64,000 nt of DNA from Phoronis australis (lineage: Eukaryota; Animalia; Phoronida), in NCBI GenBank assembly GCA_002633005.1, contig NMRA01000056.1, positions 1,085,521-1,149,520 on the forward strand, given 5' to 3'. The position numbers were made by a program, and so were the translations under genes. The notes under the pieces were generated by a model. The model made no database searches, was not told where the DNA came from, and was given only the letters and a program-made list of their open reading frames with translations. Shown one piece after another: positions 1 to 12,952 of this stretch. The stretch's first letter is position 1; every line of letters starts with the position of its first letter.

Positions 1-2829
1 TCAAATGAGGCAAGGTGTTCCAGAAAATGGTGATTGTCCGTTACTCAAAGGTAAATCACTTTTGCATGCTTTGGAAACTAAGGAACTACAACTCGCATAT
101 TACATAGATTTTCAAATATACGGGTTTAATAAAAGAAATTATCCTATGTGTATAAACTGAGGGAGGGGGGATGGCATTCATCCAAGCATGTGCATTTTAA
201 TGAAAATTTCAATAAGTCGCATTAAGCCAGACATGGTCTAAGCATCAATAAAAAATTACATAGAATTGCCAAATTTTTGATGAACTGAAAAAAATTATCT
301 AAAGTATGACTGATAACATCTCAAAACTTACCTCATAATTCAAGGGAAAGGGAGTGAATGTCTTTATATTGGATTTTTTATAACATCCCAGTGTGCGCAT
401 AATTGATTTGACTGGTTTGCGGGTCACTCTAAGACCAAAAAGTACTTCCGGGTTTGATGCGAAAAATTGGTCAGTGAATTCTTGGATTTGTTTCAACTAT
501 TCCTTTGAGGCCTGCTTTGCCTCTGAACTCAGGTGCTGAACAAAAGCTGGAATGGAATTATAGTGTAGTGATTAATCTTATTTCTTCAGTATATGACTTG
601 TTCCGTTTTTGGCAGCATTTCGAAATTGATATTGCATTTTCGAGAGGCAAAAATCTGTAAGTTATTCTGGCTGCTTAGGAGTAAAGCACAGTAACTACAA
701 CTCTGCTCACAAAATTTCTTACTTGAGAGTTCTAGCTTGTTTTGTCATGTTTTTGAGATTTAACACTACCCAAACGAAAATCATCAAAATTGTGAATTTT
801 ATGAATTAAAAAGAGACAGAATTTGGTAGAGGTGTAGGTTAAAGATTTGTGTAATCATGGTTGAAAATTTAGTTATAAATCCAATTCGGTTGCTACAGGT
901 TATCATTGGAGAGCTCAAGAATATAGTAAAACAGCAGAATTCAAGTATGAGGAGGGTTCATGTCCTGTTTGTTTTCCCATTGGACGATTCCGTGCCGGTG
1001 GGCCTTCATTATTAAAAAATTTAAAATTCTGTTTATAGCAAAAACTGTTGAGATTCTGACCACAGTGACCAAGAAGAAGGTGAAAGGTCAAGACTCTAAA
1101 TGTAATTAGCGTGATAATTGAAAGACGAGCGTCGAAACTTAAAAATGGAGCACGGTGTATCAGAGACCGTGTGTTGCGAAATCGCACCAATTTAGGATAC
1201 ACTGTGGTGGACGGGTGAAATTTTTATTTTTTCCTTTTCTCGTAATACAGTAGACAAATAACACCATGTTAATGTATCTGTCAGTTTTGAAGTTCTACAA
1301 GCTTTTCAAAAATGAAGAAAGATCAGTTTTTGCCTTTAATTTTGACGGAAATCACTGAGATTTCACCGTTTGGGTTTTGGAAGTTTTGTGAGAACCACCT
1401 GGCTTGAAAGACTTGGCGTGCATTTCATAGATGCAAGATCCTCTAGCTTCTTTGCCAAGATTCTTGCATCTACGAAAATCAGCTCTGGTAGAAGGCACCT
1501 AACATTGATTTGGTTATTGCATAAGAATTCTCTCACCACCTAAGTTCTGTTCAATATTCCTGATGGCCTCTTACTGTGAATTGCCTTTATCAGTAGTAAT
1601 GTATGATTGTTATTAAATACAAAAGGCTGCCAAATAATGGTTTGTGATCAATCAGTGCCCTTGCTCACCTGAGAGTGCTACTAATTCACAGTTTAAAAAT
1701 GGAGAGGGTTTGTGACTTAAATGGGGGTTTTAACCTTGGGGCGAACTTTTTGATCATTGAAACGGAATTTTCAGGCTTGATGAGGAGAATTTTGCAAAAT
1801 TTTGAAGTAGTTTTCTGTGAGGGAATAGAGCTGGTATTTGGCTACAAAACTGAGGCAACAAGGACCCTGTCAACAGTATGTGAATTTTAAACTTCATGCT
1901 TGTTTCGTTTCTATTAATGCAGCAATTTTTGCATGAATTGTGACTGAAAAAATTGGATTTTGATGTCATCCCTGTCACATACAGTCCATTATAATTGACA
2001 CAAATATGATACTCGCGCTCATTAGGCAATGACTGCAACAGAATCTATGTCCTCGCGCCTTCTAGTGCGTTATTTAATGACATTTTGCCATGTTAATGAA
2101 AATTGGCTTCTGACACATTGCACAGTTTTATTCATCATTAAGAACGCGCGTAGCGTGATTTCTGCAATAGTTTCTTGACTTGATCGAGTTATGAGGGCTT
2201 CTTTCAATGATTTAGTACAACCCAGTTAGAATGGTTGTCTCCATTCTGTGTTGCTCACAATTTACGTAGGTGAGCAAGGAATTGTGAAGGATGGGCAGAA
2301 ATGGTGTTTACGCAAAAAGGAAAGTGTTGAAATCAATTTCATCCCATTTTAAATAGGCGTCTGTTTTTGTAAATGAGAGTGCGTGCTTAGTTTTGGTTGG
2401 CCTCTTTCAAGTGTGTGCTGAGTATAGACTAGCTGGGATGTTTCTTAAACTGTAAAGAACTGTGCTACTTTGTAATGTTTAAAGCAGTTCTAAACCCTTC
2501 GGCCACAAAAAAGACAACCTCCGCCTTCCTCACTTGCCATTATCAACTTGGTCTCAAATTGCTCCTGAGTCAAATTTGAAGTGATTCCAGGGCTTCAAAA
2601 GACTGACCAGTTCATTAAAATTTGCAGTCTACAAGTTGGCTGATCACGGTGTGTCACTTTTGAGCGTGGTCTCAAGGAATAACGAACTTTCAGTTCTTTT
2701 GCAAACCCATCAATTGCTTCCTAACCGAGTAGGGAACGTGTTGGGACACATTTTATACCGGTATGTCTTTTAGCACAGCATTACCGGTATATCCAGGTTG
2801 TCATTCATTCCTGTGCTTACGTTCACCAG

Positions 2830-2965
2830 CAAAACCGAGCTCAGAGGAGTAGGACACACTTTTGTGCTATGCTCGATTGTCTGCCAGTGAAGCCAGGATT
2901 TGAATCCGTGTCTCCCATACAGGAGTTCCGAGCTGAAACCACCGAGCCACACTGTCTCCACAAAA
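2830..2965 (-). mobile_element. tRNA-derived SINE head (degenerate)
   Basis: Minus strand shows an A-box-like TGGCTCGGTGG and a B-box-like GGATTCAAATCC, with no intact cloverleaf. Boundaries approximate. Confidence 0.55.
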
Positions 2966-3235
2966 ACAGTATAGTAGTGAATATTCTAAATGTGAAGTTT
3001 GCTTCTTGGTTGGAAAATGGGTTTGAAGTCACTTTCATGTTACAGAATTCTATTTTTCAAAAAAAAATAACTGCCAATTTGTATTATTATGCATACTGCG
3101 TATAGCGTATAGTAAAATTTCACCAATTTCAACCAAAAATAAAATTTACAGAAATATCCACTATTCATTTTTGAGGGCTAATCCGACACAGCTGGGAATG
3201 CTAACAGTGTCTCATGATACTGTCTGGTGGTAATC

Positions 3236-3892
3236 TGTGGTATAGAACTTTAACATGGTAAAGCATTATTTTAGTGGTATGTATCTTTTATGGAAAACGA
3301 CGCTGTAAAATTGTCATGCTGTGTCTTGAATTGGTGAGATTTTATCGTACCAGCACTGCATGCTGAATTTGTTAATTTGAATCTTCTCACTTCCTCCACT
3401 TTTGAACTCCGAGCTTATTGGGTATACAGCCCATCCCAAAATATTGTAGATGAAAGTGTCTGTGTGAATGCCCGTGTCTCCTGAATTTCAAGTCCCAAAG
3501 TGTAGTCAACTCACTAACCTTTGGGTAACAGTCAAAGGTTCAGCATCAATTTGCCTTATGTAAGNTGTGGTATAGAACTTTAACATGGTAAAGCATTATT
3601 TTAGTGGTATGTATCTTTTATGGAAAACCACGCAGTAAAATTGTCATGGTGTGTCTTGAATTGGTGAGATTTTATCTTACTAGCACTACATGCCGAATAT
3701 ATTAATTTGAATCTTCTCACTTCCTCCACTTTTGAACACCGAGCTTATTGGGTATATAGCCCACCCCAAAATATTGTAGGTGAAAGTCTGTGTGAATGCC
3801 CGTGTCTCCTGAATTTCAAGTCCCAAAGTGTAGTCAACTCACTAACCTTTGGGTAACAGTGAAAGGTTCAGCATCAATTTGCCTTATGTAAG
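3236..3892. repeat. Tandem duplication of about 330 bp (3236-3564 and 3566-3892) joined by a single N
   Basis: Both copies run tgtggtatagaacttt...gccttatgtaag. They differ by about a dozen substitutions and one 2-bp indel. N at 3565. Confidence 0.9.
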
Positions 3893-6331
3893 TTGAATAC
3901 CTGTAGTCTCGTGCTGCAGTTTGCCCCCCCCCCTCCTCTCCTCCCGATTTCTAAAAGTTTCGTTTCAAACGCCCATGCTTCACATAACGCCATTGGGTAT
4001 TGACCCAGAGCAGCACGAATATTATTTTGTTACTTGTGCTAGTCTCCAGTTTGTGCCATTTCTAGGCACACTTTGATTTCTGTTGTTTGATCACAGGGTC
4101 AGTGAGTTTGGTAAACAAGAGGCTTGCAATTGAATTGTTAATTATTGAGTGACTAGAATGTGTGAAAGTGTAATAGCCATTCACTGGCAGCTGTGTTGTG
4201 TGTGCATTGAAGCGGGGACAACATGTGAGATGTTCCTTTTGTGCAATCTTTAGAAAGGAACTTCTGAAACTTAGTCTTTCTACTAAGTTAGGTATGGTAC
4301 TGAAAATCTTATGCTTGGCCACACTTATCGGGAAGGGAAATCTAATTCCAGAGAATTTAATTTCCAAAGTAGACTGAACTTACGTTGACAAAACTCTGCC
4401 AAACCTTAACGTAATGCTTCCATGCCAGAAGGAAATGGTTTGAAATGGAACTTGAGAGAACGAATGACTCTATCGAGTCAATTCACTGATTCCCAACGTC
4501 ACGGTAGGCTGGCTCCTCGATAGAATTCTACTTGTGAACGGTCAGTCTTGAAAGCGTTGGAAATTTGACAAAATTTAACCACGGTTTCTTGTTCGAAGGA
4601 AATGGGTGTTCAGATATCGAAGCAATACACGTTATTCACACAGTCACCATTTTAAAAGTGAGCTTCTTTTTAGGTTTAAAAAAATGCATTCTGCACTTAA
4701 TCACAGCGCAAAGCGTGATTTTTTCACGTGCCTCGTTATATCTATGTCTCAAATGTAATGTTTTTTAAACCTCTGTTTAAAGATTGTCGTTGTCAGGTTC
4801 ATTTTTAAAATTCCAGTAGCTGTAAGATTTGAATGATGCACATATATATTCTACTGGGTTCATGTATTGTACGTTATTCCAAGATACCCGCATCAGAGAA
4901 CTTTAAATGGCGTCTTGTGTTAGTAATGTCCATTCACGGACCATAACATATGGTGACTGGCAGATTGCAGGTTATTTTTACCCAATCTCGGGTGGTTTAT
5001 TGACCGAAATTATTGGTTAGAGTGTGTTTTTGTGCATGACCGATTGACAGGCTTTAGTGCTACGGTTGTCTGATTTTAGGTCAGTTTCGTGCTACGCAAA
5101 AAGCAAAAAACGTTAGCTTGTGATAATGACCATACGATTAAAGTAATGGATGTTCTACTGCGAAATAGTGATGACAAGTGGCCATGGTGGAAAGTCAGCT
5201 ACCACACAGTATCTACTGAACTTGTCTGGCTTAACGCCCACCTTTCTAGTTTCCATATTTTCCCTTTTAAATGCCCATGCTGGGGTTTATGCCCACTTTT
5301 GGTTAGCAAGAGCAAGACTTCCATGAAAGTGCCTGTATCTTTGTACAAGCCAGTTTCACGCGAGTTACAGCTCTCAGGACAAACCAAATTCACTTACCTC
5401 TGAGTAAATAACAATCAGTGCACCTTACTTGGACAGGAGAGTACCTGTCCAATCTTAACACTAGTACTCATGCAAGTTTTACACGAATGTAGTTCCCTAG
5501 GCATTAACCTGAATTGACAGTGCACTGGTAAATGCCCCTTCCGCCCTCCCAACTTCTCAAAAATGCTCAAACGCCCATGCTCGGCTTAAGGCCCTCCCCT
5601 GAATTTTTGTTATCCCTTTTAATTGCCCTGGACGTTAACTCGCGGAGCACGATAGCACAATTACATGGCAATTATATATTTTCTGACATTTAACAAATGT
5701 GGAAGCACAATGCATAGGTTGGCAGTGATGATTGTTTGGTTCGTAAGTTAGAATCATGAGCAACATCTGATGTTTTTGGAGTCAGAAATGTTATGACCCA
5801 TAAATAATTTCTTTGTGGTCAGGAAAGTGTTGATTTTATCAGTCAGTTGAATGCAGCGTAGTTGAATTATTGTAGATTTTGATTTACTAGGCTAGCATTA
5901 ATTTAGAAATCAATTCTACTACTCTTAATTAGCCCGATTGTCATAATCCTAGATGGCCAAGTGCTGTCTGGCCTTTTCTCACTGCTTGAAGATAACTTCC
6001 TAGAAGGATTTATAGAGCATAGACCTTTAGCAAGATAAGAAACATGGCAGATGTTTGTCCCACTTCCCTTGAAGTCAGTCATGTTGCTAACCTGCTACTG
6101 CACCGCAGTGCTACTGCATAGCAGGGCTGCAGCATAGAAGTGCTATTATATTGCATAGCTGGGAATTCACGGAGGTTTGTAAGGCCTCGTGCTGGTTTTC
6201 CAGGTCCTAGGATGGGCGAGGTTATGCAGCAAGACTACAGTTCCCCTGTTGCAACAAATTTTTGGTTAAGGTTACGTCTATGTATTTAGTCAAATATCTA
6301 CAAAAACATGGATTTTTACTCAGCATTACAT

Positions 6332-6692
6332 AAGGTACCTAAACTACACGGTAACGGACTCATAAACACGGTCACGGACGCATGAACATGACTCACGTAC
6401 CTGCAAACACCGTTCACTGACTCACAAACACGGGAACGGACTCACAAAACACGATCCATTTACCCAAATACACGGGACACGGATTCACATTCACGAAGAA
6501 ACACGGGTTAACGGACCGCCAAACACAGTGTGAATGTGAATCTGTGTCCTGTGTATTTGGGTGAATAGATCGTGGTTTGTGAGTCCGTTCCCATGTTTGT
6601 GAGTCAGTGAACGGTGTTTGCAGGTACGTGAGTCGTGTTCATGCGTCCATTACCGTATTTATGAGTCCGTTAACCGTGTAATTAGGTACCTT
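6332..6692. mobile_element. Foldback/MITE-like element with inverted arms of about 160 bp
   Basis: aaggtacctaaactacacgg...ggattcacattcac is mirrored by gtgaatgtgaatc...ccgtgtaattaggtacctt around a spacer of about 35 bp. The arms are built from degenerate aaacacggtaacggactcac subrepeats. Confidence 0.85.
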
Positions 6693-7764
6693 GTTAGAAG
6701 TACATTTTTTGTGAAAGTAGAAAGCGTTTTGACTTTGATTTTTTACTGTTTACCCATGCGAAAATGATTGGGTCACGTAGAAGTTTCCGAAAAGGAAAGG
6801 TACATTGATAGCAACTTTTGATTGTTTCATACAAATCATAAAATTCCTGTTTTTAGTAGCACCTCATTCAGTGATGGAACACTTGCAAAACAATTCCAGC
6901 ATTTTGGATAACAGCGTATTATCATAAGCGTGGTAAATGAAAATTTCATACGAGTCTGATCAGTCATTTTTGAGGTCTGATGTTCTAATTTTTATATTGT
7001 CCTACATCACCATAAAAAGGAGGGATTGCTCATGACTCTGTCAAGGGCCAGATGACTGGTGCCTTTATACCTTGTTATGGTAAGATGGTGTTCTGAAACA
7101 GTTGGGCAGGTATGTTTTAAATTTGAGGCATCGTATAGAATTAAGTCTAGGATAAAAAGTCTGCTAGATTTAAAATTTTGAGGCATTCTGTGGATGTTGC
7201 ATAACATTTTACATGTGTGTTCTGAAGACTAGCAAAGCACACGTCAGTTTTTGTTAGAGTCGTATTTTGTCCTGTTTAGCTGGCTAAAAAAAGGAAAATC
7301 AAATTTGGCTTTTTATTCTCATGAAATCAGTCACACAACATGACCTTACCATTAGGGTCTCCATTTTACCTGTAAGTGCAGTGACTCAAGAAAAAGCTTC
7401 ATAGTTTGTTGGGGTAAGCCGACCCTAAAAGTGTGAATTAGAAAATGACACAGGTACACATTGTCTGTTACTTGAGTTGGTAACGGAAATTATAAATGAA
7501 TCCTATTGCAGTAAGGAATATTATGCGACCAGTTTCGTGAGAGTAAAAGGCTAAGTCGAATTTCGTTCATAGCTAGTTAAAGAGGGTGAAATGCAGCTAA
7601 ATGTTTCTGCTCTTCCACACTAAAACGACCACCTCGGTTTAGACAGGCTTTTGATTCATGGAGTAGGGTCCTATTATCTTGACGATATCCATTCTCAAGA
7701 TGGAGAAATTTTATCAGCCAAGTTTAATTGAAACAGAGGCCTGCTGCTCTACCCAATTACCATT

Positions 7765-7811
7765 GTATCCCTGACAACCCTTTACAAGCCAAAGGTTGTT
7801 GTCATGGCAAC
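7765..7811. promoter_or_regulatory. Paired RFX X-box-like motifs
   Basis: GTATCCCTGACAAC (7765-7778) and GTTGTCATGGCAAC (7798-7811) fit the imperfect-palindrome X-box consensus. Confidence 0.4.
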
Positions 7812-10550
7812 GGATGCCAGTCAGGTCTTTATCCCTGTGTTTTTGTGAACATCACACTGAGGCTCTGTATCAGGTGTGCGAAGAATTACTTTCTCCGTAT
7901 TGTCCAACTGTATTTTTAATGAAAGAAGTCTTCTTTGTTGCATTTTTCCCTTTTTGTAAAAAATGAAAAAGAAAGTTGCTGGAAATAAGTTTAAGTTTGT
8001 GTCAGTTTGACTCTGCGTGATCAGTAAGTTGTAAGTAATTGAATATCTAAAGTATTGAACATTTATCTGTTCTTACCACTGTTCTGTTTTATTACGAGGT
8101 GTACAGATTTAGAAATCTATTGCGTTGCAAAAATCTATAAACAACATAGGTTACGGTGAATTATAGACGTGAGGTTTTATTTCGTTAACAGGACTATTCC
8201 TTGAAGAGGTCAACCCAGAGACAAAAATTAAAATTTCGTCAATATTAAAATTTCTGGTCTCATTGGGAAGCCCTCTCCCTGTCAAACCCATAACTTTAAA
8301 TTTCTGATCCATTTTTGGGGGTCCCTTGACTTTAAGAAATTATCCTGATTTTAGGCGTGTTGCTATTTCTTGTAATAAATAAGCACATTAGTCAGAATTT
8401 CACTACAATTGTAGTATCAAACGAAACCTAAACTATCCAAAAATATCCTTCAATCTGGGCTCATTGGGGGTCAAAGGCCAACCTTTATCGTGATGGTTTC
8501 GTTTGTCCATCACAAAAAGTGCTAAAAAGCTTAGTTACATCAAAAGTTTTTAATCAAAATCAAAATAATTTCAGATTCTCTTGTAACTTGTTACTCAACA
8601 CAATTGACCAAAATTTTAGATCTCAAAGATTATTCATGGAGTCAGAAATCTCATTTGCAAGTCCGTCACATCCGTCTGTCACACTTATGAAAACACAATT
8701 TTTCATCTAATAAAACGTGCTTAGCTGTTATTTTTACTTTGTAGACTTGCAGAAGGTAAATTTAACAATAGAATCAAGTAAAGAAGTTGCTACTGGTTTC
8801 AGCTAATATTGGACTTTGTTTACAGCAGAAAGGCATTTACTAAAGTTATTTTGAAAAATGTGCTTTACTTATTCTAAGTGAAATTCAACTTGTTAAAATT
8901 AGGCACTTGGACTGACATTCTAATGTTAGTACAACAACATGTTAATTTAGTGAACTTAGTGATTGTTCCTGCGTTGATGTCCCGTGTTTGTAAAGATATC
9001 CGAAGTTTTTGGAAAATTACTGAAGCATAAAGTATTCATACAAAAAACATCCTGGTGTGCTTTGGAGTTTAGAATAACAAGAATCCTGAAGAGGAAGCCA
9101 TGACAAGTTGCTGTTCTGGTACAATTAGGATGTTATTGTGTTGTTTCTGATCTGACCTGAAATGCTACGTTTTGTGCTGAAAAAACAATGCTGAAAAATT
9201 TAAAGCAGTAGCAATTTGTGACCTAGCTTATCCTACGTTTTACTGAATGGCCACTGTTGTGTTTTTCATTGTCTTCCGTGGCTGGTATCAAATGATTTCA
9301 TGGCAAAGGATTTTCGTTGTTAGATTTTACTATATTTGTGACAACACAAGAACATTGATTTCACAATCTTTTTTAAGAATAAATAATTTTTTTGCTGGGT
9401 TTCGATGGGATTGAACCAACATTCAGAAATGAGAGGGGGAATTGTTGGAGAATGAGGCGAGAAGAACGGATAACGACTCGCGATATTCTCTGAATCTCGA
9501 CAAAATGCCAAGAACCAAGAAATGATAAATGTACCTGCAAGAATTGTAATGCGACTGTCTTTCACACCTCTCTTTAAAATTTGAAATGAAGAACAAGTTA
9601 AAAAGCTAATTGAAAAGTTGATCATTAATAAGTACCACCATCTGATACTTTTTTTATTAGCTCCACATCTTCATAAACTTAATATAACTTAAGTCGCTTT
9701 CCCAACAACAAACAAAGAAAAACACGTTTTGCGGGTCTAGTGTGATTGTATATCGTTGCCGCGACCTCTACTGATAACTTCGACGAAGCTTTGCTTTGAC
9801 TGTTCCCACTACACCGAAGTTTCAGTGTGTACCGAAGCTTCACTTTTAAGTCCTACTATTTTAAGCGAAGTTTCGCTTGCTGATGAACTACCCGAGTTAA
9901 CATTTCCCACTTATCAAAACTTCGGTAAAAGCGAAGTTTCGCCACTAATGGGAAAGTGACTTTGGTGTCTTTTCCTTCACACTGCAAGATAGCACCTATG
10001 TCATGGATCAAAATATAAAATATCATGTTGTTAGCTAAACCATGCTGAACCTTGTTTGCTTGACACTTTGTCATAAGAAGGTAGATGAAATCCTCTTACT
10101 TAATTACTTTTGAAACTTCGCCTTGATTATTAAAATGGGCATGCATCAGAACCATTAGCGATATGTCTCGGTCGACAAGTCTAAAAAGCTTACTTTCTAC
10201 TTACTAATGTTTTCCTTTCCAATAGGTGAAAACACAAAATAATTCTCATTCTCATTCTTGTACATGTTGTTTACGATCTTTGAAGAGAAGTGAGGATTTT
10301 AGGATGTTCTTTGACATGTTTGGGTACATACCCAGAACAGGCTAATGGCTAGGGTGATGCTTTCGTACAAAAAGCAAATTGGTGTATTTTGATAAAAAAG
10401 GAAATATATGTTTAATTTTACTCATTTAATTTTGTATCAATTGCAAAAGACAAATATAGATTAAATGGTGAAGTCTGAATTATTCTGGAAATATGGAATG
10501 ATATCTTTAGCCACAACAAATGGATTAAAGCTAGAGATTTAGAGCGTACT

Positions 10551-10625
10551 TCCGTCACGTATGTCCGTCATGTATGTCCGTCACATATGTCCGTCACGAA
10601 TGTCCGTCACATATGTCCATCACAC
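10551..10625. repeat. 13-bp minisatellite (tccgtcacatatg, about 6 copies)
   Basis: Tandem copies read directly. Confidence 0.85.
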
Positions 10626-11074
10626 TTAATTAACTTGCACCAAGTTGTCTGACAAAAACAAAAAATTTTTTAGAAAATATCCAAAAATTAGTGTATTTTA
10701 CTTCATAAATCGTCATATAATACAAAAAAAATTATCAGAAAATTAAGATTAAAATTAAAAAAGGTTTTTTAGTAATTCCAACGCAAAAGTTGGTATATAC
10801 ATTGAAAGATACCAGTGAGACTTCACCAGTATCATAAGCCGCATTTCACAAGAGGCAGCTGTCACGGAGCAACTAACGTGCAACTGCTGATCTGGTGTAT
10901 AAACACGACTGACACGGAGCAAGTTGACTCCGCGGTGACCATTTTTGACACCAGTTTGGGAGGTAGAGCGAGTTAGACTCGATCAGTTGCTCCAGTTTCG
11001 ACTACACGTCTAAACACAACTGGGGTAGTGTGTAAAGGGATCATCTTTCAATGTGCTTCAGTGCAATAGCGTAT

Positions 11075-11398
11075 ATGCTGGTGTTCTGCTGGCATTCCAC
11101 ATGGCTTGGGCGTTTGGTATTGCTTATGCGAGCATACGCAGACAGCCTTCGAGTAAATGACTACAAATAGTGCTGATCCAGTTTGCGATCTATTGTCGTG
11201 TAGTGGAGCAAGTCGCACGGTGACAACTCGCACCACGGCAACTGTTCCCCGTGTAAAAATAGGTTGAAGAGGAGGCAGCTGGGACCAGTGGGATAAAGGT
11301 CCGTTTCCTCAAGGTCATGGGTTCGACTCCCACCGAGGCACACTGCTAGACCCTTGAGTCAGATCTCTAGCTCACCTGCTCAGTTTTAACTATATTTT
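11075..11398. repeat. Direct repeat of about 324 bp, copy 1 (copy 2 at 12629-12952)
   Basis: Near-identical to copy 2 (one substitution seen). Ends at the N at 11399. Confidence 0.92.
11274..11390 (+). mobile_element. tRNA-derived SINE (also duplicated at about 12828-12944)
   Basis: A-box-like TGGGACCAGTGG and B-box GGTTCGACTCC, followed by agacccttgagtcagatctctagct, which is shared with the copy at 60494-60598. Confidence 0.7.
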
Positions 11399-11399
11399 N

Positions 11400-12628
11400 T
11401 ACATTGTACCCTTTTTAGTCACCCGGAATGGTTTTGTTTTTAACTGCCCGCTTCAGCCAGAACAAGGTTGTTTCTATACGAGTCTGAAATTTTACGGCGA
11501 CGGTGGTTCGGGGAGCGAAAAGTTGCCGGGGGGTGTATGAAAAGAAGAATAAAAAGTTCGCTAACTTGAACCACAATTTCGCATCTAGTGCCAGTTTAGT
11601 TGCAATAGCTGGCTACGGGCATAGAATACAGGGTTTATAGAACATCGACCTCGGGAAACATCGGAACAGGAAAACGTCAGTTCTGGGTTATATCGGTCCC
11701 GGGACATCGGGTCTTTTATAACCGCTAGGAATCTGAGTTCATTTTCAAATAAACCAGAGCCAAGCCGGTATACTCTTTCATTTAGGACTGTCGCTGTTCT
11801 TTGAAGTGGTGTGCACGCGTGAGTTCACGCACTTGAATCGCTGGAGTAGGCCTACACTTTGCGTTGGCAACAACGTGTGAAAGACGAATCATATTTCGTG
11901 CACGTAGCCCCAGAAACAAGTAAAGGGTTTGAGAATTTCTTGGCAACTGAAAGCAAAGACGTGACCGTCGTTTGGCGATTAATAAGGTTGTCATTTTCAC
12001 TTTGGCTGTCTTAATGCGATAAAAAGGAGAAGCACATCTCAGTCTAAGTCACGATTGTCTGAAGGGACCGCTTGCGCACTAACGGTGCCGAATTGCGATA
12101 TCAGGGAAATTGTTGTGGATATTTGGAAATGTAATAATGATGAAATGTGAAAATATGTGAAAAATAAACATGTTTGTCCACCACAAAGTTTGGTAAGTTG
12201 ATCGCTCAAGAATTAGTAGAAACACCGTCGTTTTGTGAAGTTTTATCACGTGTTAAGCAGTGGCCCGAAACTTTCTTCGGCGAATCCGTGAATTTACAAA
12301 AGTGGCCGAAAGTGTTAGCCAATGAAACGCGTCAAAGATCGATTCTGCATATTCCATGTTCAGGCGACTTGCTTACAAGTCATCGGGGGGCTGTTCTCGG
12401 TTAGTGTTCTTTTGAACTTGGCTTTGGCAACAACCAAATAACGGCCGGATTAACAAGAGCTGCTTTGTATTTGCCAGCTATCTGTTGAGAACTGTAAAAA
12501 TTCAGCTCGCATTCGTTGGAAATTCCAGGTCGCATTTTGCGACTTGATATGAGCTGAGAAAAATCTCAGCTCGCATTTCCAAATTTCAGGTTGCAAATGC
12601 GACCTGCAGCTCGTTATGTCGAGCCCTG
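11400..12628 (-). mobile_element. Partial non-autonomous DNA transposon with a hAT-like terminus
   Basis: Right end reads CAGGGCTCGACATAAC on the minus strand, with subterminal (g)tcgcattt repeats and higher CpG than its flanks. The left end is cut by the N junction. Confidence 0.5.
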
Positions 12629-12952
12629 ATGCTGGTGTTCTGCTGGCATTCCACATGGCTTGGGCGTTTGGTATTGCTTATGCGAGCATGCGCAGACAGC
12701 CTTCGAGTAAATGACTACAAATAGTGCTGATCCAGTTTGCGATCTATTGTCGTGTAGTGGAGCAAGTCGCACGGTGACAACTCGCACCACGGCAACTGTT
12801 CCCCGTGTAAAAATAGGTTGAAGAGGAGGCAGCTGGGACCAGTGGGATAAAGGTCCGTTTCCTCAAGGTCATGGGTTCGACTCCCACCGAGGCACACTGC
12901 TAGACCCTTGAGTCAGATCTCTAGCTCACCTGCTCAGTTTTAACTATATTTT
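12629..12952. repeat. Direct repeat of about 324 bp, copy 2
   Basis: Matches 11075-11398 at an offset of 1554. Confidence 0.92.

Noticed and set aside
11274-11345. Functional tRNA gene
   Set aside because: A and B boxes are present, but there is no complete cloverleaf and the sequence continues into a body shared with a diverged dispersed copy, as expected for a SINE.
11075-12952. LTR retrotransposon or TRIM (direct repeats flanking 1.2 kb)
   Set aside because: No TG...CA termini, PBS, PPT or TSD. The first copy ends at an assembly N.
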